From IMG/VR virus record IMGVR_UViG_3300032246_001368, positions 32,001-96,000 of that record: a DNA stretch of 64,000 bases; one strand, given 5' to 3'. The position numbers and the translations under genes were made by a program. Shown here one piece after another: positions 20,211-30,200 of the stretch (positions are counted from its first letter, which is position 1; each line of letters opens with the position of its first letter). Under the pieces are notes generated by a model. It saw only the letters and a list, made by a program, of their open reading frames with translations, ran no database searches and had not been told where the DNA came from. This stretch comes from a virus.

Positions 20211-23200
20211 ATGTCCTCACCTATTTATTCCCAGCCACTTTCTTCGATTTACTGGCTACCGATAGAATTTAATATAGTAGGAGAGGAATTTTCTACAGTT
20301 AATACACCATTACTATTCAGTAATGGAATGTCGTTTAATCTCCATGACTGTTTAAAGGATTATAATGACGTTTCCTTTAATAGAAGAACTGGAATGTTCT
20401 TAACAAACATATATAACTATAATTCTATATTAAAAAATAACACATCACCGAATTACAAAGAAGACCTCACAGAAATAAAAAGTCCTTTAGCTACATTAGA
20501 TTCCTTAATAATATCATTATCCACAGGTTCTAATGGGTTATTCAAATCTGATAGATACGAAGTAAGTTCTGAAGATAATTTAACCTTCACATTTAATTCT
20601 GATGATAAAGTATTAATAGAAGCCCCTGATAAAACAGTATTGACTGGAACATCCACTGGTCAAGGAGGTCTTTCTTTCCAATTAAAAATATCGCCTCCAG
20701 ACAGCAGTCAATTATTCGATTACTTGTTAGGCCCTGACACGATAGTACTATTTAAATCTGGTACATCATTTTCTCAGATAGTAGAAAGAAATGGAAATGC
20801 CTATCAACTTTCAACCATTAATTATGGAATAAATACGAATCTCCCAGAGACAGTAATTTTTAAACTTGCATCTTATACAGGTCAAGGTGAATTGTTACCT
20901 GACATAAAAAATAGTACACTCATAAGATATTTAACCAATCCACTATCAGACCAAAAATCACTAAAAGTAGATTCTGATATATTATCAACCGGATATGCAC
21001 AAAATTATCTTGGAGTATTCCCTTATGAATACCCACAGATAAACGACAAAACCGCTAGTTATGCATTACAAATGCATGGTCTTAAAAATTATCAAACACC
21101 TGAATACAATTATAGTTTCGGACAGGAATATGTAGCAGGTCAAAAGGGTATAAGGAGAATCTATGATAGAATATTCACCGGTACCAATCAAGAAAAGGGT
21201 TTGAATAATGTATATCTAGGATTCCAGGCAAATACATCTCAAATAATATTTAAAAGAGATCTAGATACTCCTTTCTATTTTCCTCCTTCAACTAAAAGAA
21301 CTGCTTTGAGTTCTGCTGGTATAATTGAAGATGGGGGAATTGCTAGTGGTTCACCTTATACCTCTGATAGAATTTATATAAAACAAATAGATTATACAGA
21401 AAAAACGCCTGGAGTGCCTCAACCACCTTCAGTTACTCGTTATAGCAATGTCTGGCTTTGTTCTTGGTTATCAGGAGACAATAACGGAAATGCCGCTTGG
21501 ATGGATCGTTTTTACAATTCTGCTTATTATACAATAGATCAAGCTCTTTCAGCCAAGTCACTATTTTATCATCATAAAACAATAGCAGACCAAGAATTTA
21601 CATTTGATGTTCCTTCTACAATGGTTTTAGAACCTGGTGTACTCTATAGATATCACAGGGTAGGTCCTAATGTTAGTTCTTCATTCGTAACTCATTTAGA
21701 TGCAGACCCAGGCAATGCTTTGGGTTCTAAGGTATTACATATCAGTGCTTGGGACTCTTCGCCTTTACAAGATTTATCAAAATATAATAATGACGGATTA
21801 ATATTCTTTAACAACTCACAAAATTTAAAAGATCAATACTGGATTTTAGACGGAACTAATCATGCCGTATTCCCAGCTAAAAATTCTTTATTAGAATCAA
21901 CAAGAATGACAGTATCTTTATGGATCAACGTCGATGATTGGGCTAATATAAATGGCGGACAAATCTTTGGTAACTATTATGATAGTGGTTTTGGTTTAAT
22001 AAATGATTCCGCCTTAACAGCACCGTTATTTTCTTTAGTAAATAATATATCATCAGCATCCTACGATATAAATTATAGACTCAATGTAGTAAACTCAAAT
22101 AACATTCCTTCATTACCGTTGAGTAATAATAACATTGTAGTACGTTTACCCGATTTTAGTACATGGGTATTTGATTCTTATAATATAATAGGTAGAAAAT
22201 TCAATACATACGGACGTATAGAACATACAACATCTCCTTCAGTATCAGCTTTTATATATAACATAGATCAAGTAGAAGTAGACGGAAATGGCAATTTATT
22301 CATATTCGATATTGCTAATCACAAATTAGTAAAAACAGATTCTAACGGAAATTATATAACAAATTATTCTTTAGTGTCCAGTGCAAAACGTTTCGAATTA
22401 GATTTAGAGAATACGGTAATCCCTATTTACGGCAATGCGTCCGTAATAGACAATTCAAATAATATTTGGGAGTCTATAGGTAGCAATCTCTATAAGAATA
22501 GAGTTATATATGCAAATATAGGACCTATACAACAATTAAGTTGTGATGCAAGTAATAACATATGGATATTACACGACCAAGATAGTGTTACAAAATTAAA
22601 TGCAGATTCGGGAGTATTTGTTTTTAACTTAAGAATAGGTGAAAATTCAGACTTATCTATTAATTCTTGCAACAAACCCACTACACAGACAAGATTTTTA
22701 AATTTCTTAAGAACACCGAATCTCAATCAAACATTATGTTCTTCTTCAAAATCTTCAACAGAAGATTTGGCAGTATTAATTGACAATGATAATGACCAAG
22801 TATATATATTAGATGTAAGTGGTAATCTTTTGACAAAACTCAATTTAAATACATTAAGCAATGGTGATTCTTCAGACTTTGTAGCTAAGGGAGATTTTTC
22901 AGGATATCAGTATCTAAGAAAGTATAGTGCATTGACTAAAAACTTAAGTTGGAAATTTAAAATATCCAATCCTGATGGTTCTAATAGCCAATACCTTTCT
23001 TTAAATTATGGTGTAAGTTCATTACCCAATGGATGGCATAATTTTGCTTTCGTATTTGATTCCACAAAAGGCATAGCCGAATATTATATAGATTCGTTGA
23101 AAGTAGACCAAGTGGATTTCACAGCCAACAAATACCAACTCTATTATGACTATAGGTCTTCTTTACTCTTAGGCGCCGCTTCAATGAAGAATAGTACTTT

Positions 23201-23561
23201 AAATGATATTATTGGTATAGATGATGCTTATAAATTCATAGGTAAGGTTGCGGATCTTCGTATGTATAATAAGTCTTTATCTCCGGGTGAGATCGAGCAA
23301 ATATACTTTGCAGCTCCCTTCAATGAAGGTAGACAAGATTTAGCCTGGAATACTTCCGTAGGTAATTGCAACTTCATTGAAGAAATTCAACATTGGTTCC
23401 AAATGCAATTACCAGGTAGTAAAAGTAAATATTATAACATTAATATACACAATCTTAATGTGACAGATGAAATTAAAAAATTAATAGAAAATGCTTTGAA
23501 AAATAATATTCAAAAGATATCTCCGGCTCAAGCCTCTCTATATAAAATAAATTGGATGTAA
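20211..23561 (+). CDS. Virion protein with a split LamG domain and propeller-like insert
   Basis: MTVSLWINV... and GWHNFAFVFD...FIGKVADLRMYNKSLS LamG halves; TAAATA at 20199. Confidence 0.7.
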   Translation: MSSPIYSQPLSSIYWLPIEFNIVGEEFSTVNTPLLFSNGMSFNLHDCLKDYNDVSFNRRTGMFLTNIYNYNSILKNNTSPNYKEDLTEIKSPLATLDSLIISLSTGSNGLFKSDRYEVSSEDNLTFTFNSDDKVLIEAPDKTVLTGTSTGQGGLSFQLKISPPDSSQLFDYLLGPDTIVLFKSGTSFSQIVERNGNAYQLSTINYGINTNLPETVIFKLASYTGQGELLPDIKNSTLIRYLTNPLSDQKSLKVDSDILSTGYAQNYLGVFPYEYPQINDKTASYALQMHGLKNYQTPEYNYSFGQEYVAGQKGIRRIYDRIFTGTNQEKGLNNVYLGFQANTSQIIFKRDLDTPFYFPPSTKRTALSSAGIIEDGGIASGSPYTSDRIYIKQIDYTEKTPGVPQPPSVTRYSNVWLCSWLSGDNNGNAAWMDRFYNSAYYTIDQALSAKSLFYHHKTIADQEFTFDVPSTMVLEPGVLYRYHRVGPNVSSSFVTHLDADPGNALGSKVLHISAWDSSPLQDLSKYNNDGLIFFNNSQNLKDQYWILDGTNHAVFPAKNSLLESTRMTVSLWINVDDWANINGGQIFGNYYDSGFGLINDSALTAPLFSLVNNISSASYDINYRLNVVNSNNIPSLPLSNNNIVVRLPDFSTWVFDSYNIIGRKFNTYGRIEHTTSPSVSAFIYNIDQVEVDGNGNLFIFDIANHKLVKTDSNGNYITNYSLVSSAKRFELDLENTVIPIYGNASVIDNSNNIWESIGSNLYKNRVIYANIGPIQQLSCDASNNIWILHDQDSVTKLNADSGVFVFNLRIGENSDLSINSCNKPTTQTRFLNFLRTPNLNQTLCSSSKSSTEDLAVLIDNDNDQVYILDVSGNLLTKLNLNTLSNGDSSDFVAKGDFSGYQYLRKYSALTKNLSWKFKISNPDGSNSQYLSLNYGVSSLPNGWHNFAFVFDSTKGIAEYYIDSLKVDQVDFTANKYQLYYDYRSSLLLGAASMKNSTLNDIIGIDDAYKFIGKVADLRMYNKSLSPGEIEQIYFAAPFNEGRQDLAWNTSVGNCNFIEEIQHWFQMQLPGSKSKYYNINIHNLNVTDEIKKLIENALKNNIQKISPAQASLYKINWM

Positions 23562-23562
23562 T

Positions 23563-24348
23563 ATGGCCACAGTAACATTACCTATCAAATCAGACGAGAC
23601 TTGTTCTAATATATTTTTATTAGATGAACGTCTCTGTTTAGATGTTTCTCTGGATGTTATTAATTTTAATTTTAACCAATTACAATCCAATTTAAATGTT
23701 ATTAACAATTATGGACAACAATGGAATAATTTGTTCACAGTATTTGCTAATAATAGTTCTAGATGGTTTACTTCATCAACTAATGTTTATTCTCTCAGCT
23801 CTAAATGGGTTAATACATATCAAACAATTAATTCTTTAAGTGCTACTTGGTGTAAAGAATTTTCTTTATATTATCCCACTATCTTAGAAATCAATTCATG
23901 GTATGCTTTAAATACCAATGCCAAGAACAGTATAGCAACTAACTGGTTGAATTTAAACTTCCCAGCATCATCCTTCCCAAAAAATCAAATCATATCCTTT
24001 TATATAAATTTATATCAACAGAAGCCATTTACTTTTAGTTTCATGAGATCCCTCTATGAACCATGTACACCCAATGGTGGAGGAGCATCTGTTAGTTGTG
24101 GTCAGTGCCCAACACCTTCAAGAGGATGCAATCATCACGGAGGAAGGGCTGGTTATGGACCATGTACAAATGCTTATGATGGATGTTCTAAACAAACAAC
24201 TGGATATGGTACACAATCATTTTCTTGTAGAGCAAATGGATATAAAACATTAGTGATTGGTAAGACCCAAAATTATGTAGACACTAGCACCGCTAGAGTT
24301 ATAAGACTAAGGTTTCAAAATATCAATAATAACTGGAGCGCAATATAA
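23563..24348 (+). CDS. Tail-associated protein, paralog 1, with Cys-rich insert
   Basis: Shares the N-terminal coiled segment and W...(S/I)xxYP motif with the next two ORFs. Confidence 0.6.
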   Translation: MATVTLPIKSDETCSNIFLLDERLCLDVSLDVINFNFNQLQSNLNVINNYGQQWNNLFTVFANNSSRWFTSSTNVYSLSSKWVNTYQTINSLSATWCKEFSLYYPTILEINSWYALNTNAKNSIATNWLNLNFPASSFPKNQIISFYINLYQQKPFTFSFMRSLYEPCTPNGGGASVSCGQCPTPSRGCNHHGGRAGYGPCTNAYDGCSKQTTGYGTQSFSCRANGYKTLVIGKTQNYVDTSTARVIRLRFQNINNNWSAI

Positions 24349-25127
24349 TGCCTTATAATATTACCAATATACAATCAAATACTACTATAGGAGACTCACT
24401 CTCTTCTATGAACAGTAATTATGCAGTTCTTGAGACCTGGGTCAACAATATTCAATTAAGTGCTACGAATCTTTGGATACCACTTACAGAATTCTATAAT
24501 GCATATTCAGCATTTTTTAAATCTGCAAATACCACGAGCCAGCAATATTCAGCTTCTTGGGTAAGCATGTCTACCACCGTAGAAACCAATAGTGCCAAGT
24601 GGATAAAACCTATAACTATTTTTTATCCCCAAATATTTCCGTATCCATTTACTAACAATAATACAAACACCGTATATAATTGGCTAACAAATAATTTCCC
24701 AGTATCAGGTACTACAGTTACCAAACCAAGTTACGTAGAAAATCAACAAATCATTATTTATGCACATACATATACACAGAATGTACAACCTGACACGGTA
24801 TATAACCTCATGGATATGGCACAATGTTCAACCTACGATGGTAATATTTGTGCATATTGCACAACTAGTTATTATGGATATGTATATTGCAGTAATGGAG
24901 ATTTCTCATGCGGAGGATCTTCTTCATGCAGTCAATGTGCCACCGTCAATTGTTATTATACCGGATACCCGTATGTCAATTTAACAAATAGAGGTAGATC
25001 AGCTCAAAGTTATATATCAGCTGCCGTGACGATGGGCTTCTCCGAAAGACAAGAAGTCAAACAAATCAAAGCAATATCCTATAAAGTAAAAAATTGTAAT
25101 TGGGTATTTGATAAATTTATAAACTAA
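24348..25127 (+). CDS. Tail-associated protein, paralog 2, with Cys-rich insert
   Basis: IGDSLSSMNSNY...SAKWIKPITIFYP; CSTYDGNICAYC...CSQC. Confidence 0.6.
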   Translation: MPYNITNIQSNTTIGDSLSSMNSNYAVLETWVNNIQLSATNLWIPLTEFYNAYSAFFKSANTTSQQYSASWVSMSTTVETNSAKWIKPITIFYPQIFPYPFTNNNTNTVYNWLTNNFPVSGTTVTKPSYVENQQIIIYAHTYTQNVQPDTVYNLMDMAQCSTYDGNICAYCTTSYYGYVYCSNGDFSCGGSSSCSQCATVNCYYTGYPYVNLTNRGRSAQSYISAAVTMGFSERQEVKQIKAISYKVKNCNWVFDKFIN

Positions 25128-25128
25128 T

Positions 25129-25767
25129 ATGGCTACAAATAATTTAACATTTGAAATTTTTAATGAAGACTACGTAGGTGATTCTATAGGCAAACATAAT
25201 TATAATGCTTTATCACTTGACACGTCAATTTGTAATTTGTCGTCTATGTTATTTAATGATGCGGATAACATATATGTTACGCTTGCAGATTTAGCATATA
25301 ATATTAACAAATTTAATCAAACCGCTAGTTTGTTTGTTGATCCTTCACGATATGATACATGTTCTTCTGCTACATCATTATTAAGTTCTTACTGGAGCCA
25401 ACATGAATTTTCTGTTCATTATCCTATTAACATATCCACTATTAATAATTTAGCAATCGACGCTCCGGTGTATAATTCCCCAGAAGCAAGATTAACCTCT
25501 TTAGCACTTGCCTATCTTAATGCTAATTTCAAGGCGAATGTCTTTACACAAGGGACCAAAGCTAATGTCATATTCTTTTTGTATAATGTAGGTATTAATC
25601 CATCAGATCCAAATAATTTAATGCATGTATCATTCTCCCCAGAAATATCATTTGTTAACAGGTATATGTCAGCGTCTTATAAAAGGGATGACGCCCATTT
25701 TACAAATGGTAAAATAATAAAATTCGTGCAAACCAATGGTACCTGGGTTAAAATAAGTTCATTATAA
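25129..25767 (+). CDS. Tail-associated protein, paralog 3
   Basis: VGDSIGKHNYN...SSYWSQHEFSVHYP. Confidence 0.6.
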   Translation: MATNNLTFEIFNEDYVGDSIGKHNYNALSLDTSICNLSSMLFNDADNIYVTLADLAYNINKFNQTASLFVDPSRYDTCSSATSLLSSYWSQHEFSVHYPINISTINNLAIDAPVYNSPEARLTSLALAYLNANFKANVFTQGTKANVIFFLYNVGINPSDPNNLMHVSFSPEISFVNRYMSASYKRDDAHFTNGKIIKFVQTNGTWVKISSL

Positions 25768-26213
25768 TGTTAGTACTTTTTAACAAAGATAAGCAATTTA
25801 TAGGATTTAGTCCGGATCTTCCACAAGAAGCTCTGGAAAATTTTTATACCAAAGAAGTACCAGAGTCACAAGCCGATTTTACTAAATGGAGGTGGGATGG
25901 GGATTATGAATCTGGGAGAATGGTATCGATAGTAGAGGATGGATATCCGATAGAAGAATTAGAGTTAGAAAGACAATTATTTGAAAAGATAGATCAAAAA
26001 TATCCATTGGGAGTACAGTTGGTTAATATTATCAGACAATTGAAATTACTATCTAATGAAGGAGAAGCCGATTATAGATTTACGGATATGGCAGACACAA
26101 TATTAGATGCAGTGGAAAAACATGATAGTAGAATTAAATATTATCAGTCGCGTAACAAACTTTTAAATAAAGAAGATGCACAACAACAATTTACAAACAC
26201 TTTCGGAAAATAA
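25767..26213 (+). CDS. Hypothetical protein, possible tail-fibre assembly chaperone
   Basis: Follows the fibre-like genes; acidic; KIDQKYPLGVQL segment. Confidence 0.45.
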   Translation: MLVLFNKDKQFIGFSPDLPQEALENFYTKEVPESQADFTKWRWDGDYESGRMVSIVEDGYPIEELELERQLFEKIDQKYPLGVQLVNIIRQLKLLSNEGEADYRFTDMADTILDAVEKHDSRIKYYQSRNKLLNKEDAQQQFTNTFGK

Positions 26214-26643
26214 AAACCCAAGCCTTAAATGTAGATATGCTAAAGGACTAGGAGATTTAGTGGCATGTATTTTACACGGGCCCCTTTCTTGGTTAACATT
26301 TGCTATCACCAAGAAAAGAATACCTTGTTCTAAATGCTCTTTAAGAGCAGAAGCCCTTAATACGTTAGTACCCATTCCTTTTTGGAAATTATTTTACGAT
26401 AGTATAGATGAGTTGTTAAAGGATTTATCACAGGAAATGGTTAGTGCTGGTTATAAAGTATCTTTAACAGAAGATGGAAAGGGTATTAGTTCATCTAAAT
26501 TCTCAGAGACTCTACCTCCTTTACAATCCTCACACATGCCTAATATACCTTCAAGTGATATAGAAGATTATAATCTCATCAGTAGCGGAGATAACATAAT
26601 GGGAGATTTTATTGTTAGAGTTCAAATTTTTAAACGTAAATAG
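26176..26643 (+). CDS. Small Cys-containing protein (GLGDxVA...CxxCxxRxxxLN type)
   Basis: KGLGDLVACILH...PCSKCSLRAEALN motif. Confidence 0.55.
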   Translation: MHNNNLQTLSENKNPSLKCRYAKGLGDLVACILHGPLSWLTFAITKKRIPCSKCSLRAEALNTLVPIPFWKLFYDSIDELLKDLSQEMVSAGYKVSLTEDGKGISSSKFSETLPPLQSSHMPNIPSSDIEDYNLISSGDNIMGDFIVRVQIFKRK

Positions 26644-26647
26644 TTCC

Positions 26648-27112
26648 ATGGATATTCAAGTCATAGCAGTAACCCCTATAGAGTGTTCTTTAGACACTAC
26701 AAGAGAATTCGGAATACTTCTCTCCAAAGCCATTTCAATCATTCATATGGTTCATTGGTATGCACCTAATTATGATGCGCATGTTATTTTAGGTGATTTG
26801 TATGAGACTCTTGATGGGTTATTTGACAAGCTTCAAGAAGAGATCATAGGAACATCCAAGCTTCAAAACCAACAATTTCCTTCTCTCGGTCCAGTTGTTC
26901 TAGACCTAGACTATATTAATCAATATAGATCAGAAGGTAATAATGTCATGGGCACATACACCAAGACATATCAAACAATTGTTAATATACTGTCCTCATT
27001 AGAATTTACTTCTTATGTTGATAATGTTCAGTCAGGCCTCAATAACACTAAGGAAGATATCCTTTCCTCGTTTAATAAGGCCAATTATCTGTTGTCTTTA
27101 GTTAAGATTTAA
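26648..27112 (+). CDS. Ferritin/Dps-like four-helix protein (DUF5856-like)
   Basis: HMVHWYAPNYDAHVILGDLYETLDGLFDKLQEEIIG ferroxidase-type pattern. Confidence 0.7.
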   Translation: MDIQVIAVTPIECSLDTTREFGILLSKAISIIHMVHWYAPNYDAHVILGDLYETLDGLFDKLQEEIIGTSKLQNQQFPSLGPVVLDLDYINQYRSEGNNVMGTYTKTYQTIVNILSSLEFTSYVDNVQSGLNNTKEDILSSFNKANYLLSLVKI

Positions 27113-27118
27113 ACAGTT

Positions 27119-27215
27119 ACGAGATAGTCTCGTGCATCTACCTTAGATTGGAGAGATCTAATCTATAGATTTAAGATTTACCAACGAGCCTTCTCTAATA
27201 ATGAGAAGACTCGTT
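27119..27215. terminator. Three adjacent hairpins between convergent genes (bidirectional terminator or small structured RNA)
   Basis: ACGAGA/TCTCGT; TAGATTGGA-GAGA-TCTAATCTA; AACGAG.CTTCTC/GAGAAG.CTCGTT. Confidence 0.55.
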
Positions 27216-27218
27216 AGA

Positions 27219-30200
27219 TCAACTAAATGTGACTGTCAATTCCACACCACCACAATACCCATAGATATCATATCCGGTTATTCTAAATGTTTCTTTAGGG
27301 CCTACAGTAATTGAGTAATTAATAGGACCAGCAGCACAAGTAGCGGTTTCTCCACCTGCTCTCAACCAGATATTCCCACCAGTATATTCTAATAAGGCAT
27401 CATCATCTGCACTACCAACTATTGTTACATTAGAGGTTCTATTAAAAGGATTAATGAAAACTTTACTTGCAATGAAATTATAAGGAGGTTGACATCCAGT
27501 GCCTGGGTATATACAACCATTATTTTGAATTAAATATTGAACCGCGGCGGGAGGTTCATTATCCAATATGCAATAATACCCTAATTTATCACCATCGGTC
27601 GTAGTCACTAATGTAGAATTACATATAGCGCCTGAACCCACACATTCACACCAGGTAGGGCTTGATGCATATCCATAATATTCTACAGTACTAGGATCAC
27701 TCGAAGTAGGAGTTGCACAGCCAGCGCAACCAGTTATAGATGTATCACCTGCTCCGCCCGGGCCGTCCGGTATAGATGGTACACACCCACCGTTGATATA
27801 ATACCAAGGATTATCACCTAATCCCTGACATGCAGATACAGACACTAATGTCGAATCTGCACATGGACCTGAAAGCTTATATAAATTAGTTTTATATAAA
27901 CCATAATCATTACCGAATATATCACTACTCCAATGATCTAATACACCTTTATTGATTAATAATTTTTCTATTCTCTTGAGATAAGAAGAAGATAATAATT
28001 CATTTCTAAAAGTAAGAGGATATTTTTCTGGTGAATTCCAAACGCCTGGATCAGCTGGGTTCCAGAATTGGAAATTATCAGCTTCGCCTTGTCTAAAGAG
28101 ACCGTGTATATTTTTACCCATTATTTCATATCTAGATTGATATGGTGTAAATTTTTGATTCTCTTGAGTGCCTATTATAACTCCAGCCTTGATACCAGCA
28201 CTATAAGGCTCCATAACCCATCGATTGTCTATATCGGTAATAGTTACCGGAGTTATCTGATCCTTTTTAGTAAGGCCTCTATTACGAGGTCCATACTTTT
28301 GTGTATCAAAGAATATTCTTTCTGCACTTAGAGAATCTATACTCTCTAATGTACCGCCATCTACTTCAATAGTATAACCTCTTCCTCTGTAAGAGGAGGC
28401 GCCTAATTTCTCTGGTAACATATACTCACCTAATTGTCTTTCAGAAACAGTCAATTGGGGATATGAAACAGTAGCTACTGTAGGGTAAAATTTATTATCT
28501 AAATTCGCATAAGGTTCTGAGGGTGAAATGATAGCACCAGTATTAAAGACTACGAAAGTCGAAGGACATCTTGAAACATAATATAAATTTTGTTGATAGT
28601 TAAATGCATTACGTGCAAAGTAATTGTAACGAGAAGGTCGGAATTGTGAGAAGCTTTCTAATAAAATATCACTATCCTCATCAGATCCATAACCAATAAG
28701 ATCTAAAGTTCCAGTTCTTAATATATCTGCTAGATTGGAATAATCCTTATAGAAAACCATTTTCTTCCAACGATTGGATGAAAGAGTTACTTCTAATGAA
28801 ACTGGTTGATTCCAATCAAGAGTCTTATAATCCTTTCTTGAATATTGAATAAAGTCACCATTTGTTAATACTAACGGTGAAATCTCTGGTTGATGGACCG
28901 GTACATAATCATCAAAGAATCTTACTTGTCCACCGAAAGATGAAGTCTCTTTATTGAATTCATTGTTAGTGTCAGGAGAATTATAAACTTTGCCCCAGAA
29001 AGGTTTAGCACCAAAGGAAGAACCTTCTGCAGAGGTTATAAAGGTATTGCTAGTATAATCCCAACCATCTAATTTAAAATTAGCCGTGAATGAAATTGCT
29101 GGTTGTGTGAAGCTAGAACTATTATTTGGTGATATATAACTAATACCGTCCCTGTGAACATATATCAAATAGTCTCCAGGATATATATTCATATCAGATA
29201 TATCATCAGTTGATACCCAATCACCATTAACACCTCTTACAGCTTTATACCAGGTTGCTGCAAAGTTACCACAACCTGCGATTCTTCGAGATATAAGTTG
29301 TGAGAATGTAGGTTCATCACCATCCCCAGAAGTAAGATATCTTTGAAGATTAAAATAGGTAGATGGAGATGAAGCCATCTCTTCCATCAAGGTATTGTTG
29401 ACAGACAATAAACCAATATCAACAGTATTAATTTCTACACCCTTATTGGTTAATATTTTAGCACGAGGAAGTGCTGCACCTATATTTTCATTTTCAGCTC
29501 CGTCACTGAATATAACAATTTTTTTATTACACCCTTCTTGTGGATTGTTTAAAATCTTAACTGCTTTGGACTGAGATATAATAGTAGTATTTAAATTTTT
29601 ACAAAGATCAAAGAAATTAAAATTGTTAACAGTAGCACTAGTAGGGATCTGATTGTAAAGAATAGAATCAGCTAATATTAAAGCGTTTTCTATATTCGTT
29701 CTAAAATTAGGATAACCACTATCGATTTGTATTTGACTTATATATAAATCAATAGTAGCCGGATCATTAGACAGATATGTTATAGTAGATGCTTCATTGT
29801 CAAAAGTAATAATAGATATCTGAGCAGACACACCGCCGGTGCTTAAAATAGCATCAGTAATATTCTTTAAAGAATTTTTAACACTTTGTAGATCTAAACT
29901 TTGTGATTTACTGATATCAATGATTAATACTACATCCATACACCCCGAGGCATTACAATTACCCTTTATTCTTTTATATGGATAATTGACAACAATATAA
30001 GGAGAAGCAATTTCTGTAGTCTTAGCCACATCTTTTCTTAAAGAAGAACGATAATAGGTATAACGTCTTCCAGTTTTAAAAACCATGCGTGAACCGTCTC
30101 CGGTTTTCCATTTACCCGGGCCCCATCCTATTTCCTTATCTCCGTCTCCTCCCGTCTGTAATTGATAGAAAGCAAACTGAGGACTATTGAATGGAGTATA

